Part shown: positions 62,801 through 64,000 of the stretch, in pieces
How positions within the stretch are numbered: the stretch's first letter is position 1
Layout of the letters: the number at the start of each line of letters is the position of its first letter
From: Azolla caroliniana
Taxonomy: Eukaryota; Plantae; Polypodiophyta
DNA: 64,000 bases
Assembly: GCA_043228905.1 (NCBI GenBank)
Contig: JBHGNT010000002.1
Coordinates: 6,758,001-6,822,000, forward strand
Direction: 5' to 3'
Program-made: the position numbers and the translations under genes
Notes under the pieces: model-generated
What the model was told of the DNA's origin: nothing
Seen by the model: the letters and a program-made list of their open reading frames with translations, nothing else
Database searches by the model: none

Positions 62801-64000
62801 CCGAACAGGCTGAAGAAGAAGTAGAGGAAGCTGAGACTAGAACCGGCCAAGACCCCGAATCGGATTCGGATGAAGAGCAAATGGAGGAGCCGGTTACCGA
62901 AGCCTGAAGACGGATATATTCTCTCAGAGAGAGAAGGGCCCCCGGAGATTTCCAGATTCAGAGCATGTTCTGCTGACTGATGAGGGGGAGCCGGAAAGCT
63001 TCGAAGAAGTAAAGGAAGATACCCACAACCGAAAATGGTTAAGTGCCATGCAGGATGAGATAGATTCCCTGCATGAGAACCATACATACGAATTGATGGA
63101 GTTGCCAAAAGGAAAGCGGGCACTCCGAAATAAGTGGGTGTACAAGTTGAAACCGGGAGATGCCGGTAACCCCCCGAGATACAAAGCCAGGATCGTGGTG
63201 AAGGGGTTCCAGCAGAAAAAGGGCGTGGACTTCGACGAGATATTTGCCCCGGTTGTAAAGATGACCTCCATCCGGACGGTGTTGAGTATAGCGGCTAGCA
63301 TGGACCTTGAGGTAGAGCAGTTGGACGTGAAGACGACATTCCTTCACGGTGACCTCGAAGAGGAGATCTACATGCAGCAACCGGAGGGATTTGTGGAGAA
63401 AGGGAAGGAGCACCTGGTATGCCGGTTGAAGAAGAGCCTCTACGGGTTGAAGCAGGCCCCCCAGCAATGGTACCGGAAGTTCGATTCCTTCATGACCGAT
63501 CAAGGGTACCACAAGACGCAGGCCGATCACTACGTGTTTGTGAAGAAGTTTGAAGGAGGCGATTTCCTGATACTCCTTCTGTACGTGGATGACATGTTGA
63601 TCGTCGGACGTGACCAAGTCAAAATACGGATGCTGAAGAAGGCTCTCAACCGAACCTTCTCAATGAAAGACTTGGGTTCGGCAAGACAGATGCTGGGGAT
63701 GCTCATCATCCGGAACCGGTCAAAGAAGCAATTATGGTTGTCACAGGAGAAGTACGTCACAAAGGTGCTTCACCGGTTCAACATGTCAGAAGCGAAACCG
63801 GTCGGATCGACACTTCCGGCAAACTGCAGGCTATCCGGTAAGCAAAGCCCGAAGAAGAAACCAGAGAAGGCAGATATGATGAAGATTCCATATGCCTCTG
63901 CTGTCGGGAGCTTGATGTACGCTATGGTGTGTACCCGACCGAATATAGGATACGCAGTCGGAGTGGTGAGCCGGTTCATGAGTAATCCCGGCAAGGAGCA
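59802..64000 (+). mobile_element. Ty1/copia (Tnt1/Tork-like), 5' LTR 59802-60481, disrupted gag-pol, runs off the window
   Basis: LTR homologous to 7795-8694, with about 3 of the 54-bp units. PBS TGGTATCAGAGC at 60484-60495. gag from 60511 with a stop at 61153-61155, frameshifts near 61510 and 61610, and further stops near 62907 and 63061. Confidence 0.94.

Overview
Eukaryotic land-plant genomic DNA; a seed-free vascular plant such as a fern is my inference from the TE families present. Two nested LTR-retrotransposon clusters (about 1-10.4 kb and 37.7-64 kb) flank an AT-rich island with two host genes. One is a two-exon SHINE/WIN1-like group V AP2/ERF gene (21864-23579). The other is a MIR169 locus whose miRNA (35402-35422) and miRNA* (36103-36124) lie about 680 nt apart in an ~810-nt foldback. 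Two elements look intact and recent: a chromovirus Ty3/gypsy (336-7448) and a Tnt1/Tork-like Ty1/copia (47446-52888). The most unusual element is a non-chromovirus gypsy (44729-57176). It has a tRNA-Trp primer site, a 4-bp TSD, fungal-like RT motifs and a gag-pro / pol layout joined by a predicted -1 frameshift (G GAU UUU UAG plus pseudoknot). Other observations: strong CCGG enrichment in two unrelated retroelement families, an apparent inversion or autointegration scar, an ORF1-bearing RTEX-like LINE, solo LTRs and several tandem duplications. All coordinates and alignments were read by eye; no searches or folding programs were run.
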